64,000 bases of DNA from Anaerolineae bacterium (GTDB lineage Bacteria; Chloroflexota; Anaerolineae; B4-G1), in the NCBI GenBank assembly GCA_046760785.1, contig JBHIET010000007.1:736-64735 (forward strand). Reading direction: 5' to 3'. Below the pieces are notes generated by a model that saw only the letters and a program-made list of their open reading frames with translations, had not been told where the DNA came from and ran no database searches. Below, piece by piece: positions 54,407-64,000 of this stretch (its first letter is position 1; each line of letters starts with the position of its first letter). A program made the position numbers and the translations under genes.

Positions 54407-56511
54407 ACCCGTTGACGGTGGAGGTCGGCCCGCTGGCCTACGCCCAAACCGACGAGCCGTGGATCGGCGACTACCGGCCCTACCTCTACCAGAGCCGCGT
54501 ATACCGGGCCGTGCAGGAAGCGTTGACGGGGCGAGAGACGCGTTGTCTCTTCCTGGTCACGCCCACCGGCAGCGGCAAGACGCTGGCCAGCTACGCCTAC
54601 ACCATCAACCACGGCACACCGGCCTTTGGCGTCTACCCCACCAACGAACTGATCCGCGACCAGGAGCGCTCGCTCAAGGACTGGCTGGACCCCGGCGACG
54701 ATTACCGGTTGCTGCGCATTGACAGCCGGCAGCTCGACCAGTGGCAGGATGGCCTCGACCTGCCGCAACACGCTCAGACCTTTGAGCGGCTGATGCACTG
54801 GCGGCCGACCATTCTCACCAACCCCGACATCCTGTTCTATACTTTCTTCGGGCTATACCGGGGACCGCGAGGGTTGAGCCAACGGCTTTTTGCACTGCTG
54901 GGGCAGTACCGGCTGTTCATCTTTGACGAATTCCACCTCTACAACGTCAAGCAGATGGCCGATGTGGCCTTTTTTGCCGGGACGCTGCACGCCATCAACC
55001 CAGGCTACGGGCGCGTCTTCCTCTTCGCCTCGGCCACGCCCGCATCACCGGCCCTGCCCTGGCTGCGCGACCGCTTGCACCTGCCGGTGGAGGTGGTTGA
55101 AGGAGAACCGTCGGACGCGCCGGAGGCCCGCACCATCGCCCATCCGCTGCAACTGACCCTGCTGCCCGCCGACCTGCGCCGCTGGAAAGGGGTGGAGACA
55201 CTGCTGGAGTACCTGCCGGCGCTGGAGCCATTCTTCCAAGAGCACCCCCAGGCCCGCCTGGTGACCATCCTCGACTCGGTGGCCGGGGCCATCGCCACCG
55301 CCCAGGCCCTGCGCCAGCGGTTCCCCGACAAAGCAGTGGGCGAAGTGCACGGCTTCAGTTCCGACCAGGAGCGAGAGGAGGCCTTGCGCCGACCCTTCAC
55401 CGTCGGCACCTCCACCATCGAGGTGGGCATTGACTTCAAGGACGAGGCGGAAAAGGACGTGCTGATCTTTGAGGCGCGCACGGCCAGCCAGTTCATCCAG
55501 CGCTTCGGACGGCTGGCACGACACGAGAAGGCCCTCGCCATCCCCAACCGCGTCATCGCCCTGGTGCCGGAGTACGTCTACCACTTTTTGGACGACAAAC
55601 TGAGCAACGGGCAGACCCTCTCACGCTACGATTTGTACTCGCTGGTCGAGGAGGGCTACACCAAACCGGAGGATTTCGAGCGCTACCTGCGCACCCACGC
55701 CGCCGCCGAGTTCCAGGCCGCCCGCAAGAACGCCCAGTGGCCCTTCCAGCCCGACGACCGGCCGCGCATCGAACAGGGACTGGCGGAGACCATCACCGCG
55801 CTGACGGGCAAGACCGATGGGCAAGCGTGGTCGCTGTACCGTCGTTACCAGGACGAGGAGCGCATCCTGGCCCCCTTGCTCACCTTTCGCGGCAGCGGGT
55901 TCGAAGCCGCCATCCTGGACGAGCGCGGAACAGACGCCGGCTTTCCGGCCAAACGCTACAACCTGATGTTCCTCCTGCGGCGCGGCATCTTCACCGAACT
56001 GGATGAGGAAGAATACCTGGCGCGGCTGGAAGCACTGGCCGACCACTGGCCGGAAGACGCCGCTCGCGAGCGGCGCTACGGCAAGCGCATCGGGCGCAGG
56101 CCGGAGGACCTGTTGGGCGTTTGCGGATTCTTCAGGCTGACCGGCCTGCTGGACAAGGGCCGCAAGGTCTGGTTTGAGATGAGCGAAGATGCTGTCTGGG
56201 GACGCAAGGCACGGGTGGCGGTGATTGACGGGTTGGATATAGTGACTGACCCAGACATGCCCTTGAGGCGGCTCAACCGCCACCTGCGCAAAAAACAAGT
56301 CGTCGCCTGGTTCGTGGACCGTCATCCGGCCTCGATCAAATTGGGCCGCGCCCTGCCACCTCTGTTCGAGATACACGAACTGCGCCTCCGGCGGCCCGGC
56401 GGTGGCCTCAGCCCCACCGTGTGGAGCATTGCCTTCAACCAGGACGCCTTTTTTGTGGATAGCCTGGGATGGCACAGAGAAAGCCGAGAAGATCGGGCGA
56501 TCATCCTGTGA
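54403..56511 (+). CDS. cas3: Cas3' helicase (no HD domain)
   Basis: Contains Walker A TPTGSGKT, DEFH box IFDEFH and motif VI QRFGRLAR. ATGA overlap with csc1. Confidence 0.9.
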   Translation: MNPLTVEVGPLAYAQTDEPWIGDYRPYLYQSRVYRAVQEALTGRETRCLFLVTPTGSGKTLASYAYTINHGTPAFGVYPTNELIRDQERSLKDWLDPGDDYRLLRIDSRQLDQWQDGLDLPQHAQTFERLMHWRPTILTNPDILFYTFFGLYRGPRGLSQRLFALLGQYRLFIFDEFHLYNVKQMADVAFFAGTLHAINPGYGRVFLFASATPASPALPWLRDRLHLPVEVVEGEPSDAPEARTIAHPLQLTLLPADLRRWKGVETLLEYLPALEPFFQEHPQARLVTILDSVAGAIATAQALRQRFPDKAVGEVHGFSSDQEREEALRRPFTVGTSTIEVGIDFKDEAEKDVLIFEARTASQFIQRFGRLARHEKALAIPNRVIALVPEYVYHFLDDKLSNGQTLSRYDLYSLVEEGYTKPEDFERYLRTHAAAEFQAARKNAQWPFQPDDRPRIEQGLAETITALTGKTDGQAWSLYRRYQDEERILAPLLTFRGSGFEAAILDERGTDAGFPAKRYNLMFLLRRGIFTELDEEEYLARLEALADHWPEDAARERRYGKRIGRRPEDLLGVCGFFRLTGLLDKGRKVWFEMSEDAVWGRKARVAVIDGLDIVTDPDMPLRRLNRHLRKKQVVAWFVDRHPASIKLGRALPPLFEIHELRLRRPGGGLSPTVWSIAFNQDAFFVDSLGWHRESREDRAIIL

Positions 56512-56536
56512 GGTAGGTGGGAGTGGAGAGGGAACG

Positions 56537-57409
56537 ATGAGCGCGAACGACGATATGCTCTACTCTATCGTCCTCATCCTCACCCCCACGCGCGCGTCGA
56601 GCGTCCGCGCCACGATGGGGTATCAGGCCCACGCTGCCTTCCTGAAGACGGTGCGCGAATCGGACCCCGCCCTGGCCGAGGTGCTGCACATGCCCGATAT
56701 GCCTTGCCGGCCGTTTACCGTGTCGCCCTTGCGAGGAACGCCGCGGCCTCAGAATGGGCGTATCCGCCTTTCGCCGGAAGAGACCTACTGGCTGCGCTTT
56801 ACCATCCTTTACCCGCCCATTTTCGAGCAGTTCATGCGCCGCTTTCTGCGGGGGGAAGGACGCCCCGTCGTCCGGCTGGGTCACGCCGTGCTGCTCATCA
56901 AAGAGATTCTCGCCACACCCGGAAGCCATCCCTGGACCGGATACACCTCGTGGGGAGAGATCGCGTCCGGCGCTCGGCCAGAGGCCGAGATCACGCTCGA
57001 CTTTGTCTCTCCCACTGCTTTTGGGTTTGGGCAAAAGGATTGGGGCAAGAAGGTGGTCGTGTTGCCAGAACCGGACGCGGTTTTCGGCAGCCTGGCCCGC
57101 TCGTGGAACAACCTGGCCCCGCCACCACTGCAAGTGGAGCGGGATGCGTTGAAGATCTATGTGGAGGAACACGTCGTCGTCAAGCGCATCAGTGATCTGC
57201 GCACACGGATGTTGCACTTCCGTAAGTCGCCCCAGGTGGGCTTCGTGGGACAGGTGACCTACGGCCTGATGGCGGAGAACGAGGCTGCCCGCTGTCAACT
57301 CAGCGCGCTGGCCGATTTTGCCTTCTACGCCGGCGTGGGGATGAAGACGACGATGGGGATGGGGCAAACCCGCCGGTGTGCTGACCAATATGGTCTACGA
57401 CGTCAGTGA
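56537..57409 (+). CDS. cas6: Cas6 crRNA endoribonuclease
   Basis: 290 aa with the C-terminal G-rich loop GVGMKTTMGMGQ. Start at MSANDDMLYSIVLIL after GGAGAGGGA. Confidence 0.8.
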   Translation: MSANDDMLYSIVLILTPTRASSVRATMGYQAHAAFLKTVRESDPALAEVLHMPDMPCRPFTVSPLRGTPRPQNGRIRLSPEETYWLRFTILYPPIFEQFMRRFLRGEGRPVVRLGHAVLLIKEILATPGSHPWTGYTSWGEIASGARPEAEITLDFVSPTAFGFGQKDWGKKVVVLPEPDAVFGSLARSWNNLAPPPLQVERDALKIYVEEHVVVKRISDLRTRMLHFRKSPQVGFVGQVTYGLMAENEAARCQLSALADFAFYAGVGMKTTMGMGQTRRCADQYGLRRQ

Positions 57410-57436
57410 CAGCGGCCCTTTTCAAGGGACTTTGGA

Positions 57437-57706
57437 TTGCGTGACCAGATCCGCGGAGCAGCCGGTTCGACTATGCACAACGTCGCCGAAGGATTCGATG
57501 CTGGCTCGGACGCCGAATTCATCCGCTTTTTGAAGTATGCCCGCCGTTCGGCCAGCGAGGTGCAATCGCAGCTCTACATCGCCCTCGACCGGCGCTACGT
57601 GACCCAGGATCAGTTCCAGTGCATCTACGACCAGGCCACCTCGGTCAAGAAGCCGATCAACGCCTTCATCGGTTACCTGAAAAAGTCCCGTCGGACATCC
57701 AAATGA
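57437..57706 (+). pseudogene. N-terminally truncated four-helix-bundle protein (23S rRNA intervening-sequence / Avd-like family)
   Basis: LRDQIRGAAGSTMHNVAEGF...EFIRFLKYARRSASEVQSQLYIA matches the central and C-terminal helices of the family. About 30 N-terminal residues are missing. Only a TTG start is available, and the ORF is in the same frame as cas6, nine codons past its TGA stop. Confidence 0.6.
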
Positions 57707-58335
57707 CGACCAAGCGACCACCAGACCAAATAGCCACCAGACCAATGAAGCAGCCCGACTATCTGCCGATCTCAATGCTGAATCAACTGGAATACTGCGA
57801 GCGCCGCTTCTGGCTGATGTACGTCTGCGGCGAGATGGAGGTCAACGCCCCGGTGCTGGAGGGCATCCAGCAACACGAGCGGGCGCACGCTGGCGGCGTC
57901 GAGCGGGATGGCGAGACCACCATTCATCGCCGCGTCTACCTGTGGTCCGATAGGCTGCGCGTCTCCGGTTTTGCCGACGTGGTAGAGGAGCGGGCGGAGG
58001 AACTGGCGCCGGTGGAGTACAAGCACGGCCGGATGGGGCGCTGGCTCAACGATCACATCCAGTTGTGTGCCCAGGCGATGTGCCTGGAGGAGCGGACGGG
58101 GCGGCAGGTGCAGCAGGGGGCGATCTTTTACTGGCGTTCGCGGCGGCGGATGCCGGTGGAATTCACCCCCGGACTACGGATCCGCACCGAAGAAGCGATC
58201 GCGCGGGCCTTCGAGTTATTGGAAGCAGGCCAGATGCCGCCGCCTCTCGACCGTCGGGCCAAGTGCCACGACTGCTCGTTGGAGACCATCTGCCTGCCCC
58301 GTGAGGTTCTATTCCTCTCGAAGGAGCCGGCCTGA
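57703..58335 (+). CDS. cas4: Cas4 (RecB-like nuclease with a 4Fe-4S cluster)
   Basis: Contains YCERRFW (N-terminal Cys), DVVEE...VEYKHG, and the C-terminal CHDCSLETIC. The start is ATG 57703 (ATGA overlap) or ATG 57745. Confidence 0.9.
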   Translation: MTTKRPPDQIATRPMKQPDYLPISMLNQLEYCERRFWLMYVCGEMEVNAPVLEGIQQHERAHAGGVERDGETTIHRRVYLWSDRLRVSGFADVVEERAEELAPVEYKHGRMGRWLNDHIQLCAQAMCLEERTGRQVQQGAIFYWRSRRRMPVEFTPGLRIRTEEAIARAFELLEAGQMPPPLDRRAKCHDCSLETICLPREVLFLSKEPA

Positions 58336-59432
58336 TGGCGCAACTCCAGACGTGGGAGGATGGCATGGCTACTCTCTATCTGACCGAACCGCGCTCGCTG
58401 GTCAAGAAAGACGGCGACACGCTTGTGGTACACATCCCGGAGGATAAGGAGCGCGGCACATCGAAACGGAAGGTGCGCGTGCCTCTCATTAAGGTCACCC
58501 AGGCCGTCGTCTACGGCGACGTGACGCTCACCAGCCCGGCACTGGCGGCGCTCCTGGAGCAGCGGGCCGATATTTGTTTCTGCTCCTATTATGGACGTTT
58601 CCGGGGGCGGCTGGCGCCGCCGCTGAGCAAGAACAGTCTGATCCGGCTGGAGCAGCACCGAGCCCACAATGACCCAGTGCGGGCATTTACCCTGGCACAG
58701 GCCTTCGTGCGCGGCAAGCTGGCTAATATGAGAGCCATGCTGCTGCGAGCCAAGCGCAAGCGGGATGACCCGGCCATTGCCCAGGCAGTGGCGTCGCTCA
58801 AAGGCGTGCTGGATCAGGTAGATGAACTGGAACCCGAGGCCGCGGCCGCGCCGCTCGATCCCTCCCATCCTCAGGCAGATAGCGCCATCGGCACACTTCT
58901 GGGATTAGAGGGAGCGGGAACGGCCTTTTACTTCGGCGTTCTGGGGCAGTTGTTAAAGGGAGACTGGAGCTTTAAGCGGAGGCAGCGTCGCCCCCCGCGC
59001 GATCCCGTCAATGCACTTCTCTCGTTCGGATACGTGCTGCTGATGAACCAGGTCGCGTCAGCGATCAGCATCGTTGGCCTGGACCCCTACGTGGGATTTC
59101 TTCATTCGTCGCAATTCGGCAAGCCAGCGCTGGCGCTGGACGTGATGGAGACGTTTCGCCCGCTGGTCGTGGATTCGGTGGTACTTACCCTGCTGAACAA
59201 CGGTATGTTGACGCAGCGCGACTTCCGCGAGGAACTGGGGGCTTACCGTCTGACAGACAAAGGGCGACGCACGTTTCTCGCCAAATTCGAAGAGCGACTG
59301 GACACCGCGATTCAACATGCGGTCTTCGGCTACAAGGCGACCTACCGGCGGAGCCTGGAACTGGAGGTACGATTGGTCGCCAAGTGGCTGACGGGGGAGA
59401 TTCGTAAGTTTAAGCCATTCGTGGTAAGATAG
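58335..59432 (+). CDS. cas1: Cas1 integrase
   Basis: 365 aa. Contains LEGAGTAFYF, DPVNALLSFGY and DPYVGFLH. TGATG overlap with cas4. Confidence 0.95.
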   Translation: MAQLQTWEDGMATLYLTEPRSLVKKDGDTLVVHIPEDKERGTSKRKVRVPLIKVTQAVVYGDVTLTSPALAALLEQRADICFCSYYGRFRGRLAPPLSKNSLIRLEQHRAHNDPVRAFTLAQAFVRGKLANMRAMLLRAKRKRDDPAIAQAVASLKGVLDQVDELEPEAAAAPLDPSHPQADSAIGTLLGLEGAGTAFYFGVLGQLLKGDWSFKRRQRRPPRDPVNALLSFGYVLLMNQVASAISIVGLDPYVGFLHSSQFGKPALALDVMETFRPLVVDSVVLTLLNNGMLTQRDFREELGAYRLTDKGRRTFLAKFEERLDTAIQHAVFGYKATYRRSLELEVRLVAKWLTGEIRKFKPFVVR

Positions 59433-59731
59433 TGATGCAGCGCGGGAAGCCAGAACGTACACTCTATGTCATTGCCTACGATATTCCCAGCGACCGCCGC
59501 CGCACCAAAGTGCACAAGACGCTGTGCGGGTTCGGGGAGTGGACTCAGTACAGCCTCTTCGAGTGTCATCTGACGGACAAAGAGCGGGTGGCCCTACGCG
59601 GCAAACTGGATGAGCTTCTGAAGCCAGAAGAGGACAGCGTGCGTTTCTACCACGTCTGCGCGGCGTGCGTGGCAAAAGCAGAAACCATTGGATCGGAGAA
59701 ACCTGTGGAGAAGGACGTGTTCATCGTCTAG
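59432..59731 (+). CDS. cas2: Cas2
   Basis: Contains LYVIAYDIPSDRRRTKVHKTL...YSLFEC. The start is GTG 59432 or ATG 59435. Confidence 0.9.
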   Translation: MMQRGKPERTLYVIAYDIPSDRRRTKVHKTLCGFGEWTQYSLFECHLTDKERVALRGKLDELLKPEEDSVRFYHVCAACVAKAETIGSEKPVEKDVFIV

Positions 59732-60135
59732 TAGGGGCGATCCCTTGCGGTCGCCTGGTAGGGGTGCACTTATGCCACGATAAATCCCGAAAACCCGCGC
59801 TTTTTTGACAGCCTGCGGGCCTGCGAGCGGTGAAGCATCCCTAGCGGATCTAGGAACCGCTCGCAGTGGACGAATGAAGGGGCAAAGCGCCACATGTATG
59901 GGGTCGGCGACAAGGTGATAGCAGATGTGGGGGAGAAAGTGATGAAGGTGATGGACAGAGCATGCGCGAGTAGTCAGCAAACGGGCACAGGGCAGCGAGC
60001 CGCTCGCAATGTGAGGGAAGGTGGGAAGAGATGGCTATTTCCAGGGCCAAAACAGGCACATTGTGGGGCGCTGAGGGCACAAAAGCGGGGAAAAACGGCC
60101 CGCAGTGGGGCACCGTGCCCATAGGGACGTGAGGA
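59732..60135 (+). promoter_or_regulatory. CRISPR leader
   Basis: 404 nt of noncoding sequence between cas2 and the first repeat. It contains an 11-bp perfect inverted repeat, CTGCGAGCGGT (59821-59831) / ACCGCTCGCAG (59856-59866). I could not place the promoter confidently. Confidence 0.6.
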
Positions 60136-63100
60136 GCTCAACAAAACAGAATCCCGACTGAGGGATTGAAACAGCGTGCTTGGCGGCTTTCGCCCCAGGC
60201 GCTTCGGGCTCAACAAAACAGAATCCCGACTGAGGGATTGAAACTCTGCAACTCGCGATGCGACATACAAACTTGACCTCGCTCAACAAAACAGAATCCC
60301 GACTGAGGGATTGAAACCGGGGACTATGCTGTGCTTCGATGTGCAGCCCCCGAGCTCAACAAAACAGAATCCCGACTGAGGGATTGAAACGAGAGCAATC
60401 AACTCTTATCTAAGGAATCCTGGGAAGCTCAACAAAACAGAATCCCGACTGAGGGATTGAAACCGCGAATCACAGGCAAAAACGAATATCAGATTATCGG
60501 CTCAACAAAACAGAATCCCGACTGAGGGATTGAAACAGTTCCACTTCTCCCGTGATATCTGATTCCTCCAGCAGCTCAACAAAACAGAATCCCGACTGAG
60601 GGATTGAAACAATGTAAATCTTATTATGGAGGAATCTGTGCCGGAAGGCTCAACAAAACAGAATCCCGACTGAGGGATTGAAACCACCGTGGTAGGCCTC
60701 TCTTTCGAGAGCGAGAGCAGCTCAACAAAACAGAATCCCGACTGAGGGATTGAAACTGCCCGAATTCGAGATATCGATTACCTCGAATTCCGCTCAACAA
60801 AACAGAATCCCGACTGAGGGATTGAAACGGGGAAATTGAATCTCGAATCCTATCAGATGGAGAAGCTCAACAAAACAGAATCCCGACTGAGGGATTGAAA
60901 CTGGTTGCGGGAAGGGGAGAGATTGAGGGCTGATTGGGCTCAACAAAACAGAATCCCGACTGAGGGATTGAAACATAGGCTATCCCCTTAGCCAGGAATC
61001 CGAAGAGCGTAGCTCAACAAAACAGAATCCCGACTGAGGGATTGAAACTGATTGGGCTCGGCAGTGCTTACCTTAGTTTTCAGGCTCAACAAAACAGAAT
61101 CCCGACTGAGGGATTGAAACAATTTTCCTTCCCCACCCGCTTGATCAAAATCAAAGCTCAACAAAACAGAATCCCGACTGAGGGATTGAAACTTGGGACT
61201 GGGCTACCTCCAAAGTGCGCGCGAAAGGCTCAACAAAACAGAATCCCGACTGAGGGATTGAAACCTGAGTTGGATGAATACGGAGAAAACAGGATAGACA
61301 GCTCAACAAAACAGAATCCCGACTGAGGGATTGAAACCAAATAAAACCAATCGGAATCTCTGATTACCCCCCAGCTCAACAAAACAGAATCCCGACTGAG
61401 GGATTGAAACAAGTCCCCCTCTCCCCGCAACAAAAATTGATAACAGCTCAACAAAACAGAATCCCGACTGAGGGATTGAAACTTATTGGTAGTCAAAATG
61501 AAACGCCGCACCCCCCACAGCTCAACAAAACAGAATCCCGACTGAGGGATTGAAACGCCGCCAGAATAATATCTATCCGGCGTCGTGGGCCATGCTCAAC
61601 AAAACAGAATCCCGACTGAGGGATTGAAACAATAATGCACCTTGAGCGCATAGAAGAAATCGACATAGCTCAACAAAACAGAATCCCGACTGAGGGATTG
61701 AAACGAGGGCTGATTGGTCGGGAATTGCGGACGGTGAACGGGCTCAACAAAACAGAATCCCGACTGAGGGATTGAAACTCGAAGATAGCCTCCGGCGGCC
61801 GATCCGGCCAATGGGCTCAACAAAACAGAATCCCGACTGAGGGATTGAAACTAGCCTTTTGATATTCATTTCATCCTATCCTATTAGCTCAACAAAACAG
61901 AATCCCGACTGAGGGATTGAAACTGGAATAATATCATCAAGAGGAGGAAAAATGACCAGGCTCAACAAAACAGAATCCCGACTGAGGGATTGAAACAATA
62001 CGGAAAAGAGGATAGAAACATAATGGCTACTAGCTCAACAAAACAGAATCCCGACTGAGGGATTGAAACCTCTCCCACAACCCTGCCTTATGGGTTGCCT
62101 ATCAGGCTCAACAAAACAGAATCCCGACTGAGGGATTGAAACGAAACCGCTGATTACGCCGAATCGCTCTATCCCAGCTCAACAAAACAGAATCCCGACT
62201 GAGGGATTGAAACCCGCCCTTGTCCAGTCGGGCCTTCCCTTAGCCATTAGCTCAACAAAACAGAATCCCGACTGAGGGATTGAAACGCAGCAACGTCTTC
62301 CCTCAGATATTCATCCTGCCAAGCTCAACAAAACAGAATCCCGACTGAGGGATTGAAACCGAGCGAAAGCCCCTCTATATCTCATCTCCCACAATGCTCA
62401 ACAAAACAGAATCCCGACTGAGGGATTGAAACGCCGTTTATCCGCCGAGGCCGTCATATCCGCTGCGGCTCAACAAAACAGAATCCCGACTGAGGGATTG
62501 AAACCGTACAACGCCGTGATGCGAGCGCTGGAGCGGCTGAAGCTCAACAAAACAGAATCCCGACTGAGGGATTGAAACGGTAATGCCCGGCAATTATTGC
62601 CCGGCAATACCAGGCTCAACAAAACAGAATCCCGACTGAGGGATTGAAACAAGGCTATCGTCATTTTCATCGCTTGCTCCCGCCTGGCTCAACAAAACAG
62701 AATCCCGACTGAGGGATTGAAACAATCCTGCCGCAGAGCGATACGAGAAGCGGGCAGAGGCTCAACAAAACAGAATCCCGACTGAGGGATTGAAACGGCG
62801 TGCTGGGCAGCCTTCGCGCCAGGCGCTTCAGGCTCAACAAAACAGAATCCCGACTGAGGGATTGAAACTCATATCGCCACGGGGGCAGCTGCCGTAATGG
62901 AGCAGCTCAACAAAACAGAATCCCGACTGAGGGATTGAAACCAAAGGGCTGTTGAAAGCAGGCCTGCTCGATTCGTAGCTCAACAAAACAGAATCCCGAC
63001 TGAGGGATTGAAACCGGCGATCCTGAACTTGCATTGCATCTCGACAACTTGCTCAACAAAACAGAATCCCGACTGAGGGATTGAAACAGCTTCTATACGA

Positions 63101-64000
63101 TGAAGCGCTACGATGCGCTAAGGCTCAACAAAACAGAATCCCGACTGAGGGATTGAAACACCACGCTCATAAAATGGGGCTTCCCTACCAAGAAGCTCAA
63201 CAAAACAGAATCCCGACTGAGGGATTGAAACAATACTGAGAAAAGAGGATAGACACATAATGGCTACGCTCAACAAAACAGAATCCCGACTGAGGGATTG
63301 AAACTCCGGCGCGATCTCCCTTGCATTTTTAGGAATGCCTTTGCTCAACAAAACAGAATCCCGACTGAGGGATTGAAACATTCCAGGCATCCGTCAATGC
63401 ATAATTTTCTGGAAGCTCAACAAAACAGAATCCCGACTGAGGGATTGAAACTATCACCCCGCGATGGAGCATCTGGAAGCCCATCGAGCTCAACAAAACA
63501 GAATCCCGACTGAGGGATTGAAACTTCGCCTGTGATCCGGGCGCGGAAACAATGGTGCTTGGCTCAACAAAACAGAATCCCGACTGAGGGATTGAAACCT
63601 TCAATTCGGGAGAACACAACGAGGCGGTGAATCGGCTCAACAAAACAGAATCCCGACTGAGGGATTGAAACATATAAATTTGAAGGATGCCAATCTGCAG
63701 AATGCCGGCTCAACAAAACAGAATCCCGACTGAGGGATTGAAACTAGATTCTGGGAGCTACTTCAGAAAAGCGTGATCGGCTCAACAAAACAGAATCCCG
63801 ACTGAGGGATTGAAACTCGACGTAGAAATAATTCATTTTCCCAGCCTTTTGGCTCAACAAAACAGAATCCCGACTGAGGGATTGAAACATAGAGATTATG
63901 GGGGGGATCACCGATCCGGCGGAGGCTCAACAAAACAGAATCCCGACTGAGGGATTGAAACACATAATATCTCCCATCGTTATATGAGGGCGATGCTGGC
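60136..64000 (+). CRISPR. CRISPR array with 53 complete identical repeats, continuing beyond the window
   Basis: The 37-nt repeat is GCTCAACAAAACAGAATCCCGACTGAGGGATTGAAAC, with an internal stem AATCCC/GGGATT and a 3' ATTGAAAC tag. The first repeat is 60136-60172 and the last complete one is 63925-63961. Spacers are 34-38 nt. A probable 54th repeat starts at 63999. Orientation is set by the ATTGAAAC end and the cas2-side leader. Confidence 0.99.

Noticed and set aside
59000-59020. 11-nt identity (CCGTCAATGCA) between spacer 45 (63380-63414) and cas1, as a possible self-targeting spacer.
   Set aside because: Only 11 of 35 nt match and the flanking bases diverge. Chance matches of this length are expected given 53 spacers and a 64-kb window.
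59732-60135. Small ORFs in the leader (59894-60124 plus strand, 59850-60122 minus strand), and a TTGACA at ~59805 as the leader promoter.
   Set aside because: The ORFs lack RBS and family signal. The TTGACA has no acceptable -10 at 16-18 nt, so I do not call a promoter there.
60136-64000. Many 60-114 aa ORFs in the array on both strands (for example FQSLSRDSVLLS..., SIPQSGFCFVE...).
   Set aside because: They are translations of the 37-nt CRISPR repeat read through successive spacers. The periodic identical peptide blocks are an artefact.

Overview
High-GC bacterial chromosome segment. PT-rich secreted proteins, GC-rich REP-like intergenic repeats and overall gene content suggest Chloroflexota, but that is inference only. 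I found no rRNA or tRNA.

Positions 1-28.3 kb and 32.6-43.4 kb are mostly housekeeping or metabolic genes: methylmalonyl-CoA epimerase, a saccharopine-pathway pair, a LysM lipoprotein, a TrmH methyltransferase, an M48 protease, an MFS transporter, an aminotransferase, a GAF/PAS histidine kinase, an FGGY kinase, a RuBisCO-like protein, a VIT-vWA protein, radA, ftsK, cspA, an RRM protein, a ChlI-like ATPase with a vWA protein, and glycosyltransferases.

Positions 43.5-64 kb hold one large CRISPR-Cas locus. It contains a WYL regulator, a complete type I-D gene set (cas10d, csc2/cas7d, csc1/cas5d, cas3', cas6, cas4, cas1, cas2), a roughly 400 nt leader, and an array of at least 53 identical 37-nt repeats that runs off the window.

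The most interesting feature is a lower-GC four-gene cassette at 47755-52506, nested between cas10d and csc2. It encodes a large protein with HD and Zn-finger motifs, a small helical protein, and two RAMP proteins. It reads like a second effector module with a type IV-B/IV-C-like gene order, sharing one array, one cas6 and one adaptation module with the I-D system.

Other notable points:
- The ChlI-like and vWA ORFs are separated only by an A9 run, an immediate stop and a hairpin. This is either a dnaX-like -1 frameshift or slippage candidate, or a homopolymer error.
- A low-GC island between radA and ftsK carries an R-M pair plus a proteasome-beta-like Ntn hydrolase and a transglutaminase-like protein.
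- A radical SAM/SPASM gene is frameshifted in a G5 run.
- A MITE-like element has a second partial copy.
- Several spacer families record repeated acquisition from the same, diverging targets.

All functional calls rest on motifs read by eye from the translations. No database search was possible.
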